Source: an uncultured virus (IMG/VR IMGVR_UViG_3300000116_000008)
Lineage: Duplodnaviria; Heunggongvirae; Uroviricota; Caudoviricetes
Virus record (IMG/VR): IMGVR_UViG_3300000116_000008
Length of the DNA stretch: 64,000 bases
Direction: 5' to 3' (one strand)
Part shown: positions 28,896 to 37,438 of the stretch, in pieces
Numbering within the stretch: position 1 is the first letter of the stretch
Layout: each line of letters starts with the position of its first letter
Program-made: the position numbers and the translations under genes
The notes under the pieces: model-generated
Told to the model about the DNA's origin: nothing
Databases searched by the model: none
The model's input: the letters and a program-made list of their open reading frames with translations, nothing else

Positions 28896-29973
28896 TTGCT
28901 GACTCCGTTGCTCCGTTTAGGTTAAACTTAAATTTTTTAGGTTTACTATTTAATACCTCTTTTAAAGTGTTACCAATAGTTGTAAGCTCTTGACTATTTA
29001 TTACTTTATAGAAACCGTATGGCTCAAAAGTGTACGCTCTAATAAATTGTTCCATTTTTTGCCCGTCTTGTCTAGGAATTATGATAGAGGGTATTCGACT
29101 TTTAAGTATTTCTACAGTAGCATTATATCCACCATAAGTTATATAGGCAGCACAATCTATTAATTTATTTCGTAAGTTAGGAATATACTCAGTCATAATT
29201 ACATTATTTTTTTGTTTAGTTTTTATATTTATGTACCTATTTGCAACCGTCATAATAAATGTATAATCTTTAAAATCTTTAGCTACTGGTAGTAAGTACT
29301 TAAATAATAATAAACCTTCTTCTTTATTAAGCCCTGTGCTGACATATATTATATTATTTTTCTTTTTATGTATAGGCATAGATTCATCGCACACATAACC
29401 TGTATAATGTAACTTATCCGATAAATCATTTATAATTGCAGTACTATTAGCTTGTCTACGTCTATCCGAGTACAGGGGCATAATACTGGGGTCTCCATGA
29501 ACAAGGACTTTTTCTGCATAGTACTTACAAATTAAATTCTGTGTATATAGAACCCAATCTTGTAAAGAGTTATCATGAGGCTCGTCCCACGGAAAATCTC
29601 GAATAGATATTATAATTTTAATATTTCTTTTTTTACACTCTTCAAAGTATCTAACATACTCATGCGCAAATTGATGACGACAAAAAGGAAATCCCTCACA
29701 TACTAAAGTCTTTACACTATATTTTTCTATTGCGGAGATAAAACATTTAATACGGAAATTTATTAGCTTTTCTTGCATTATAAACTGAAACATATTATTT
29801 ACGTCACCTACTTTATAATCTTTTAAAAAAGCGGTATGTGGAACATCGTATTCTAACGGAGGCTCAAATAACTGATCAATAATTACTACATCATTTTTAA
29901 TCTTTTCAGCAATAAATTTTATTCGTTGTGAGTGCCCTAAACCTCTATAGTATTGAGTTAGTAAACCTATCAT
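28867..29973 (-). CDS. GT-B glycosyltransferase (GT28/COG4671-like)
   Basis: QYYRGLGH..CEGFPF..SIRD..GGYNATVEI..EQFIRA. Confidence 0.8.
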   Translation of the reverse strand: MIGLLTQYYRGLGHSQRIKFIAEKIKNDVVIIDQLFEPPLEYDVPHTAFLKDYKVGDVNNMFQFIMQEKLINFRIKCFISAIEKYSVKTLVCEGFPFCRHQFAHEYVRYFEECKKRNIKIIISIRDFPWDEPHDNSLQDWVLYTQNLICKYYAEKVLVHGDPSIMPLYSDRRRQANSTAIINDLSDKLHYTGYVCDESMPIHKKKNNIIYVSTGLNKEEGLLLFKYLLPVAKDFKDYTFIMTVANRYINIKTKQKNNVIMTEYIPNLRNKLIDCAAYITYGGYNATVEILKSRIPSIIIPRQDGQKMEQFIRAYTFEPYGFYKVINSQELTTIGNTLKEVLNSKPKKFKFNLNGATESANVIKKIHNG

Positions 29974-30629
29974 TCAAAGGTATACGGAAATATTTTAGCT
30001 ATTGCTTGTCCGCACGCTTTTGCTATCTCCATGTGTTCCTTCTGCGTACCGTTTGCACTCCTTAATTCAATATAATGAATCCAACTACGTATTGTGCCAC
30101 TCATGTACAGTCTTGTTTTGGTTAATCCTTCTGGTAATACCTTACGAGCTTGTTCTTTGGCAATACCATTCTCAATTGCCCATTCGTAAGCTTCTTTAGC
30201 AGCTTCAATTACTTTATCCTGTTGCACAGTAAACTGGTAGTGTAGTTCTACGTTTTCAGTAGGAATTGAGTTTTGCCTATTTTTTGTATCTTGTAATCTA
30301 CAGTCCGCGTAGGTGAACATGTCACCCATTTCTTTTGGATTAGCATAGCGTTGACTGAACTCTTGAAAACTAAAACTACGATGACGTACGATCTGATGTG
30401 CAATATCACGAGTAGTATCAATCTCTAAACAAGCATTCGCCATTTCAAATGGAGACCAATGCTGGTGCTTTATTAAGTAATTGAGCAATTTTTCTGAGGT
30501 AGCAGTATTGATCTGTGCATTTGGATTTGATACTTTAGCACAAAATGCAATAAGATCTTGTACATTCTCTAATCCTTCTTCCTTCCATTCTTCAGTTGGT
30601 TGTGTATAGCTAACTAATTTAACTTCCAT
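29970..30629 (-). CDS. thyX: flavin-dependent thymidylate synthase
   Basis: HWSPFE and RHRSFSFQEFSQRY signature. Confidence 0.95.
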   Translation of the reverse strand: MEVKLVSYTQPTEEWKEEGLENVQDLIAFCAKVSNPNAQINTATSEKLLNYLIKHQHWSPFEMANACLEIDTTRDIAHQIVRHRSFSFQEFSQRYANPKEMGDMFTYADCRLQDTKNRQNSIPTENVELHYQFTVQQDKVIEAAKEAYEWAIENGIAKEQARKVLPEGLTKTRLYMSGTIRSWIHYIELRSANGTQKEHMEIAKACGQAIAKIFPYTFE

Positions 30630-31254
30630 TGTGACTCCTAATGTAATTATCTATCTCTTCTCTTGAGTAAAACTGAGATAGCCGTTGTTTTTTAATATCA
30701 TAAATATCAGGTGATATTTTTTTCTTAATATCTTGAATAAATTTTTTTGAAGTTCTAAAATTTAAATTAGATTCTTCTATCTGATCAACATAATTTATTA
30801 CCATTTGTGGCAATTGTCGAATAGAAAAAGTTGCTAGTTTTTTTGTCGGATGTATAGTTTGTACTTCTTTAAAATTATTTTTAATTAATAACCAAATTTC
30901 ATTTCTAAACGTATAACTGAAAAGCATAGGTGAGTCAAAAATTGTTAAACCTTCATTGTATGCAAGATCATGATCTGTTCCTACCTCTACTATAAAGTTA
31001 GGGTTTAATAATTGAAGATACATACCTGTTGGGACGGGTAATACTTCTCCTGGCTCTATTGTTATATCTTTTATTAAACAAGCCCTTAAATGGTGATAAG
31101 AATCTAATGGAGTTTCTTGACTAAAACCCCACTCAATTCCATATACCTTTTCTAAAGTTTTTGCTAGAGAACTTTTTTCTATGTTTACTTTACATACTTT
31201 TAAGTTTTTCAATAGGTTCATCTCCATACTTACCTGCACGAATCGCGTCTTCAC
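30619..31254 (-). CDS. degenerate dUTPase-like protein (start uncertain)
   Basis: T5 dUTPase position after D15; LRAC..ITIEPGE..VPTG scaffold but catalytic motifs altered. Confidence 0.55.
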   Translation of the reverse strand: MKTRFVQVSMEMNLLKNLKVCKVNIEKSSLAKTLEKVYGIEWGFSQETPLDSYHHLRACLIKDITIEPGEVLPVPTGMYLQLLNPNFIVEVGTDHDLAYNEGLTIFDSPMLFSYTFRNEIWLLIKNNFKEVQTIHPTKKLATFSIRQLPQMVINYVDQIEESNLNFRTSKKFIQDIKKKISPDIYDIKKQRLSQFYSREEIDNYIRSHNGS

Positions 31255-32038
31255 AGTATCGTCTTAGGTTTATAAGTTTTTCGTTTCTAACTAACAAATC
31301 TTTACCTGCATTTAAGTTTTGAATATACTTTGCTCTACCTTTTATAGGGAGTGCTTCAATCAAATTAGGTAAAGTTTTATATTCTTTAGCTAGCGCTTGT
31401 GCACGTTTTGGACCAATTCCTTCAATGCCTATTATATTATCACTTTTATCCCCCTCAATGTATCTTGATAAAAGATACAGTTCAGGTGATATATCCATAT
31501 CATCATTCATTGATGCATTAGTTATTTCACGTCTACCGAATATATTGAAAATACTAGTTTTTTCACTAACTAATTGGTATAAATCTCTATCTGACGATAC
31601 TAGCCAAATGTGATCATATTTATCAGTTTGTTCATATTTTTTAACCATATAGGCTAAAACATCGTCTGCTTCAACTCCTCTAAATTTAAGCACTTCTTCG
31701 TCTAGTTGGTCTGGTAAATCATTTAAAACTGCAAAAAATTCTTCATATTTTTTTATTTCTTCCTCATCTTGAGGTTTTTTACGCGTACCTTTGTATTCAT
31801 CGAGCATCTCCATTCTGTAATAACTTTTCCCAAAGTCAAAACATACTACAGTTCTAGTAGCTTCATAAGATTTTGAAAGGGATTGAACAGTGCGAACGAA
31901 GTCAGCACCAAAAGATGCGTAATTAGGTCTTTGTAACCATCTGTACGATAAGTTGTTTGCGTCAATTAATAGTAAGTTATTATACGCTTCGTAATCGGGT
32001 GACTGCAAATCTGCTAAGTCATTCCAAGATTTTGTCAT
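31190..32038 (-). CDS. D15: 5'-3' exonuclease/flap endonuclease (T5 D15-like)
   Basis: LLIDANNL, YKGTR, EADD, SSDRD, GDKSDNIIGIEGIGPKRA. Confidence 0.93.
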   Translation of the reverse strand: MTKSWNDLADLQSPDYEAYNNLLLIDANNLSYRWLQRPNYASFGADFVRTVQSLSKSYEATRTVVCFDFGKSYYRMEMLDEYKGTRKKPQDEEEIKKYEEFFAVLNDLPDQLDEEVLKFRGVEADDVLAYMVKKYEQTDKYDHIWLVSSDRDLYQLVSEKTSIFNIFGRREITNASMNDDMDISPELYLLSRYIEGDKSDNIIGIEGIGPKRAQALAKEYKTLPNLIEALPIKGRAKYIQNLNAGKDLLVRNEKLINLRRYCEDAIRAGKYGDEPIEKLKSM

Positions 32039-32065
32039 TGATATATCTCCTGTTAGTTATAATTA

Positions 32066-32094
32066 AATATATCAATTTTTTAACTAAGAAGCAA
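32066..32094 (-). promoter_or_regulatory. sigma70-type promoter for the D15-like gene
   Basis: TTGCTT-17 nt-TATATT, SD AGGAG downstream. Confidence 0.6.
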
Positions 32095-32539
32095 GGTCAG
32101 TTTGCTCTTTTATGCAAGTTAACCAGTCATCTAATTTTGTTACTTTAAAGTGACAATCAAAGGATTTTACCTCAATATAAAGGTCAATTTTTAAATCATC
32201 ATCAAATGCTACAAAATCTTTAGAGCGATTCCATCTAAATATTAATAGTGGTTTCTTTTTCATTACTTCAGCTTCTCGAACTGCTTGCCTCCAAAACTGT
32301 AGCATATCTGTTGTTTTAGAAGTTAGTAGGTTATTCCATTCAATATCTTTATAGTGTTTACACTCTATTGCGTAAGGCCACCATGCTGTATCATGAGGTG
32401 TCCAAATGTCCCCTTTTAAGTAGTCTATTGCTCCAGACAAAGGGACTCGTCTAAACTCTTTTTTAAACTCTGAAGTTAGACGAGTTGCTATTTTTTGCTC
32501 ATAGGCTGAGCCTTTAGCTTTACTTTTATTATGTGCCAT
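32084..32539 (-). CDS. D14: PD-(D/E)XK endonuclease/Holliday junction resolvase (T5 D14-like)
   Basis: SKAKGSAYE..RVPLSGA..GDI..IECK. Confidence 0.85.
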   Translation of the reverse strand: MAHNKSKAKGSAYEQKIATRLTSEFKKEFRRVPLSGAIDYLKGDIWTPHDTAWWPYAIECKHYKDIEWNNLLTSKTTDMLQFWRQAVREAEVMKKKPLLIFRWNRSKDFVAFDDDLKIDLYIEVKSFDCHFKVTKLDDWLTCIKEQTDLAS

Positions 32540-33684
32540 TACTTATCAAGTAAATTACAGATCTTATGTGCTATAGTTTTAAAATCTGCTTCTTTAAGTC
32601 CTCTAGTAGTTTCTGCGGCAGTTCCAAGTCTGAATCCACTTGTTTCGATAAAGCTACGTGGATCATTAGGTATACCGTTTTTATTAACAGTGATACCATT
32701 ATCTTCTAATTTATCTGCAGCCTCTCTACCACTATACTTACTATCACTTAAATTGACAAGAATTATGTGACTGTCTGTGCCATTGGTCTGAATTTTAAGT
32801 CCTCTATCATTAAATACCTCACACATGGCTTTTGCATTTGCAATAACCTGTTTTATATAATCTGTAAAGGATTCTTCAAGAGCTTCTAAATAACATTGTG
32901 CTTTGGCAGCGACAATATTCATTAGTGGTCCACCTTGTGTGCCAGGAAAGATAGCACTATTTATCTTTTTTGTATAACGACTATCATTCCAAAGTATCAT
33001 ACCGCCACGAGGACCACGTAATGTCTTATGAGTTGTACTAGTAACAACATCTGCATAAGGTAATGGACTTGGATATTGTTTTGCAGCTACTAATCCGCTA
33101 TAATGTGCCATATCACATACGAGTTTTGCTCCAACCATATCTGCTATTTCCCTAAACGCTTTCCAATCAATATGTCTTGGGTAAGCACTTGCACCTGCTA
33201 CTATAACCTGAGGTTTATGTGTGGCTGCTAATATTCCAATCTCTTTATAGTCTAACAATCCATGTTCATCAACACCATATGAAACGGGCTTATAAAATTT
33301 ACCACTTAGTGTAGGAGGAGCGCCATGACTAAGGTGTCCACCACTTGCTAAATCCATACCCATAATAATATCACCAGGGTTCATTAATGCTTGATAAACA
33401 GCGGTGTTTGCATTTACTCCACTATGCGGTTGTACGTTTGCGTACAAACAATCATACAGTTTAGTAACAGATTCAATAGCTAAATTTTCTATTTCATCCA
33501 TTTGTTCACAACCGTTATAATAACGTTTTCCTGGATATCCTTCTGCATATTTATTAGTAAATATACTACCACACAAATTCATTACAGCTTCACTAGCAAA
33601 GTTCTCACTTGCTATTAATTCAACAGTATCTTGTTGTCTTTTATACTCATTTGTTAAAATGAAACTTATTTTAGGGTGCGTCAT
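32539..33684 (-). CDS. glyA: serine hydroxymethyltransferase
   Basis: ELIASEN, YAEGYPG, GGHLSHG, TTHKTLRGPRGG (PLP lysine). Confidence 0.97.
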   Translation of the reverse strand: MTHPKISFILTNEYKRQQDTVELIASENFASEAVMNLCGSIFTNKYAEGYPGKRYYNGCEQMDEIENLAIESVTKLYDCLYANVQPHSGVNANTAVYQALMNPGDIIMGMDLASGGHLSHGAPPTLSGKFYKPVSYGVDEHGLLDYKEIGILAATHKPQVIVAGASAYPRHIDWKAFREIADMVGAKLVCDMAHYSGLVAAKQYPSPLPYADVVTSTTHKTLRGPRGGMILWNDSRYTKKINSAIFPGTQGGPLMNIVAAKAQCYLEALEESFTDYIKQVIANAKAMCEVFNDRGLKIQTNGTDSHIILVNLSDSKYSGREAADKLEDNGITVNKNGIPNDPRSFIETSGFRLGTAAETTRGLKEADFKTIAHKICNLLDK

Positions 33685-34363
33685 CTTTAATCCTTTTTAT
33701 TAACCATTTTGCAATTAATCTCTGACCCTCTATAGATATATTATTAGGCAGATTATTGTATTTTCTATGTTCTTCTGCAGTTATATTCATGGAGTCATAT
33801 ACTTTACCAGCATTTAAAGAAACCCATGGGGGTATGTTTTTTGGCCGACATAAATACATAGTTTTTATGCCTTTTGTTTTTAGCCACATATCAATTTGCA
33901 ATAGTGTTCCTGCTTGTCTGTTTATTTGAGCTTCAGAGTTATAAAGATATTTTTTATATAAACTACATAGTTCTATAAATTCTTGTTTATCTTTGAACTG
34001 GTTACAAAGGTTTCTATGGTTACTAAATTTAAGACCAGGTTGTGTACCCTTATAATCAAATATTTGTTCAGCTCTGTTAAGTATAGTATCATCAACTTTG
34101 AAATCAATAGCACAAGTAGGCAAGTATGTAAATTTATAACTACTAAAGTTAACTATCGCAAGATCTAATTTCTTTTTACATTTCTTTAGTTCGTATAGAA
34201 CTCTTTCAGTACTTCCTTGTTGTACTGCTTTATTGAACTGTTCTGCGTTAAAATACTTGCAAACTAAATCATTCCATGAATATGCTATTTTTTTAGTATC
34301 AAGACATTGGTAAGGATAACCATACCAAGCAGTTTCCGATGTTCCAAAAAATCCTATTCTCAT
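33671..34363 (-). CDS. hypothetical protein, possibly SGNH-like fold (start corrected to 34363)
   Basis: MRIGFFGTS..FNKAVQQGS..NNISIEGQRLIA; the ORF-track extension runs through the tRNA-like element. Confidence 0.5.
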   Translation of the reverse strand: MRIGFFGTSETAWYGYPYQCLDTKKIAYSWNDLVCKYFNAEQFNKAVQQGSTERVLYELKKCKKKLDLAIVNFSSYKFTYLPTCAIDFKVDDTILNRAEQIFDYKGTQPGLKFSNHRNLCNQFKDKQEFIELCSLYKKYLYNSEAQINRQAGTLLQIDMWLKTKGIKTMYLCRPKNIPPWVSLNAGKVYDSMNITAEEHRKYNNLPNNISIEGQRLIAKWLIKRIKDDAP

Positions 34364-34435
34364 TGGAGGAGCTGGGGGATTCGAACCTCCATCTCCAGAG
34401 TAAATCTGGCGCATTCCCAAAATGCTACTAGCCCC
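34364..34435 (-). tRNA. atypical tRNA-Ala-like gene / pseudo-tRNA with 5-nt anticodon loop
   Basis: GGGGCT/AGCTCC acceptor with G3.U, D-arm GCAT/ATGC, CCAGA-TTTAC-TCTGG arm, GGTTCGAATCC T-loop, encoded CCA. Confidence 0.7.
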
Positions 34436-34460
34436 ACTGTTATCATATTAATAATCATTT

Positions 34461-34871
34461 TTATCTTAATAAAACTAATTTTCTATTTTCAAGATGACTT
34501 TGTGCTATATCATCTTTTGATTGACCATAGTAAGCCACTGCATGATGTTTTTCTATCATATAGTCATTTATTGATTGATCAGCAAAATTTGTGGTTCTCC
34601 AAACTTCCCCAAGTATTCTACCAAACTTTCCTCTCTCATCTTTATGTGTTTTTAGTATGAGATGAGAATCATCTAACATTTCAGTTAAAAAAGCTTTAGC
34701 AGCTAATCCATATTTCTTTTCCTCTAGGTCACGAGTTCGTGATTCTGGTGTATCAATTCCATACATTCTAATTCTTTGGTTACGTAACCAAACTCCAAAA
34801 CCTAGATCTATGTCAACATCGATTGTATCACCATCTATAATTTTTATTAATTTACATTTATATTCAAACAT
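34461..34871 (-). CDS. thermonuclease (SNase-like) family protein
   Basis: IDGDTID..RIRMYGIDTPE..GKFGRILG. Confidence 0.85.
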   Translation of the reverse strand: MFEYKCKLIKIIDGDTIDVDIDLGFGVWLRNQRIRMYGIDTPESRTRDLEEKKYGLAAKAFLTEMLDDSHLILKTHKDERGKFGRILGEVWRTTNFADQSINDYMIEKHHAVAYYGQSKDDIAQSHLENRKLVLLR

Positions 34872-35573
34872 TTAGTATCCTAACTTATATTTTTCTACTA
34901 TATAGTGTTTTAGAAAATCACTTCTAACAATATCAGGTATTTTAAACTCAACCGTTACAAAATCATCTAAACCTTTCAAGATTTTCATAAAATTTAAAAG
35001 TCCTGAGCGATCACTTTCTCTTGTTAAATCGGTTTGTGTATAGTCTCCACAAAATATTATCTTACTGTTTTTACCAACTCTAGTAATTATACTATCGAGT
35101 TCATGAAAATTTAAATTCTGGCACTCGTCAACTAAAATTACTGCGTTATTAATAGTAATTCCTCTTATAAATGAAGTGCTCATAAACTTAACATTGTTTT
35201 GTTGTTTTAAAGAATCATAAGCATCCTTTAATCCGAATAGCTCTCTACAAATAGATCTGTAAGGAGCCTCATAAATAGACACTTTCTCTTGTTCGTCTCC
35301 AGGTAAAAAACCAATGTCTCTGGTGGAAACTACTGACCTTACAATAAATATATCATCGTATACTGTTGATGGATCTAAAACTTCTTCTAAAGCAAGATAC
35401 AGACTTAAAAATGTTTTTCCAGTTCCTGCAATTCCATGTAATAATAGATGTTTTCCATTTTTATAAGAATTATACGTAATTTCTTGATTATTTGTAATAG
35501 GTGAGAAAGTTAGTAAGTCATCGATTCTGACTCGTTTTAAATGGTGTTTACCATTACCGTTACCGTTGGGGAT
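34872..35573 (-). CDS. phoH: PhoH-like ATPase (extended upstream of the ORF-track call; apparent ATC start)
   Basis: Open frame contains GIAGTGKT Walker A and RDIGFLPG upstream of 35282, then FIRG, VDECQN, CGDYTQTD. Confidence 0.92.
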   Translation of the reverse strand: MPNGNGNGKHHLKRVRIDDLLTFSPITNNQEITYNSYKNGKHLLLHGIAGTGKTFLSLYLALEEVLDPSTVYDDIFIVRSVVSTRDIGFLPGDEQEKVSIYEAPYRSICRELFGLKDAYDSLKQQNNVKFMSTSFIRGITINNAVILVDECQNLNFHELDSIITRVGKNSKIIFCGDYTQTDLTRESDRSGLLNFMKILKGLDDFVTVEFKIPDIVRSDFLKHYIVEKYKLGY

Positions 35574-35593
35574 AAAAAATCTCCTGTTTCTAG

Positions 35594-35854
35594 TTAAGTT
35601 GAAGCAAAATGCTTCATTAATTCAGTATAGCCTCCGACGTATTTATCCTCAAGAAATATTTGTGGAACTGAGCGAGCATTGGGGACGACTTTTAATAAGT
35701 CTTCCTTAGTATACATCAATTCCTTACTCTCTTCTGGAGTTGCTGGTTCTATTATTTTTTTAACTGTAATATTATAATGTCTATGTTCTAGCTCTTTGAT
35801 CGCTAGATCACAAAACCCGCAGGTTTCTTTACTCCATACTACTGCATTAGCCAT
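35594..35854 (-). CDS. glutaredoxin
   Basis: CGFC, SVPQIF, VGGY; adjacent to nrdAB. Confidence 0.9.
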   Translation of the reverse strand: MANAVVWSKETCGFCDLAIKELEHRHYNITVKKIIEPATPEESKELMYTKEDLLKVVPNARSVPQIFLEDKYVGGYTELMKHFAST

Positions 35855-36252
35855 TAAAGATCGCCTTCTTTTCTATTTTCTGAATAGTGAACATCGAATG
35901 CACCGCCTGGATATCTAGCTTTTAATTTTTCTACATTTTCTGCGATTACTTCGTTCGGGTCTAAGTCTAGAGCTCTACAAGAATTAACCCAATACCACAT
36001 GATATCTCCTAACTCTCTTTTCATATGAAATTTTGTATCTTCATCCATAGGCTTACCTTGAAATGTTATTTTTTTAACTATTTCTGAGAACTCTCCACCC
36101 TCACTTGCAATACCTATTGCTCCTGTTAGTAATAACGATATGTTAACACTATTATTTAATTCATGCATTCGGGCTTGTGTGTATGCCCAATCATTTGACT
36201 CCTCAGAAGTCACTTCTTTTACGAAGTCTTTATATTTATTTAAATCTATCAT
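35854..36252 (-). CDS. MazG-like nucleotide pyrophosphohydrolase
   Basis: GIASEGGEFSEIVKK..ELGDIMWY..KLKARYP. Confidence 0.88.
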   Translation of the reverse strand: MIDLNKYKDFVKEVTSEESNDWAYTQARMHELNNSVNISLLLTGAIGIASEGGEFSEIVKKITFQGKPMDEDTKFHMKRELGDIMWYWVNSCRALDLDPNEVIAENVEKLKARYPGGAFDVHYSENRKEGDL

Positions 36253-37430
36253 AAAGAAAACCCTTTAAAACTATCTTGTGTGATATCTTGTTTAGTACCT
36301 CCAATAATATAACTGGATATTTCTGTTTCTTGCGGCGCAACTTGCACCTCTGACCCACTAATCCATTTTTGTGTCCATGGTAGTGGGTTAGCTCTTGGAA
36401 CTGTGTATGGTGATTTCATGTTTACAGCTATCATACGTTTATTTGCAATCCATTCAATATAATTATCTAAAAGTTCTTTATTTAGTCCAATCATTGATCC
36501 GTCTTTAAATAGATATTCTGCCCACTGCTTTTCTTGATTAACAGCATCTATAAACATTTGTACACATTCATCTTTTGTTTCTTCTTTTATCTTAATAAAA
36601 TCTTCGTCATCTTTAGGTAAGAGTTTTAAAAGTTGTTGAGTACTTCCTAAATGGACATTCTCATCTCGTGCAATAAACTTAATAATTTTAGCATTGCCTT
36701 CCATCTTCTTAAGTTCAGCAAATGCCCAACTACAAGCAAAAGATACATAAAATCTTACTCCTTCTAGTATGTTAACACTCATTATTGTTTTCCATAAAAG
36801 AGTTTTTAATTCATACAAATCAACTTTTATGGTTTTAGCCATACCAACTTGATTTTTCTCATTAAGGGAAGATTTAAACCCGCCCGTATTTCTAAAAGTA
36901 CTAACTTCATGCTCACCTTCTCCAAATAGATTGTACATCATTGACTTTTCAATTAACTCATCATAGCACTCTGTTATACTATCTGCACAATCTACTATTT
37001 CTTTAATATCCATCATCTCATCAAATATTTTACTTGGATTACTGTAAATATTACGAATAATGTGAGTGTAACTTTTACTATGAATTGTTTCACTAAAAGT
37101 CCATGTTGTAATCCAATTTTCTAATTCGGGTAAACTAGTGATTGGGTTAAATGCTTCAGCAGGTGCACGTCCTTGCACACTATCTAAAAGTATTTGTCTT
37201 TTTAAATTACTTGTAAAAATATGCTGTTCATGCTCATTTAGCTCTTTAAAATCTTTTGCATCTTTTAAAATATCTACTTCTTCAGGACGCCAAAAGAAAC
37301 CTAACTGTTTATCAGTAAGTTTATCAAAAGCTCGATATTTAACAGTGTCGTATCGTTGCATACCTAACTCGCCGTCAAAAAACGCTTTCTTCTCTGTGTG
37401 ATCAAATTTGTTTGTATTTAGTACTGACAT
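36249..37430 (-). CDS. nrdB: ribonucleotide reductase class Ia beta subunit
   Basis: FFWRPEEV, ETIHSKSY, EGVRFYVSF, RDENVH; start at 37430 after SD AGGAG. Confidence 0.96.
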   Translation of the reverse strand: MSVLNTNKFDHTEKKAFFDGELGMQRYDTVKYRAFDKLTDKQLGFFWRPEEVDILKDAKDFKELNEHEQHIFTSNLKRQILLDSVQGRAPAEAFNPITSLPELENWITTWTFSETIHSKSYTHIIRNIYSNPSKIFDEMMDIKEIVDCADSITECYDELIEKSMMYNLFGEGEHEVSTFRNTGGFKSSLNEKNQVGMAKTIKVDLYELKTLLWKTIMSVNILEGVRFYVSFACSWAFAELKKMEGNAKIIKFIARDENVHLGSTQQLLKLLPKDDEDFIKIKEETKDECVQMFIDAVNQEKQWAEYLFKDGSMIGLNKELLDNYIEWIANKRMIAVNMKSPYTVPRANPLPWTQKWISGSEVQVAPQETEISSYIIGGTKQDITQDSFKGFSL

Positions 37431-37438
37431 TATATCTC

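Noticed and set aside
34364..34420. N-terminal extension of ORF 33671-34420
   Set aside because: It is the translation of the tRNA-like element
34364..34435. tmRNA or functional ochre suppressor
   Set aside because: Only 72 nt with no tag-reading frame; genes end normally at TAA and no systematic read-through is visible
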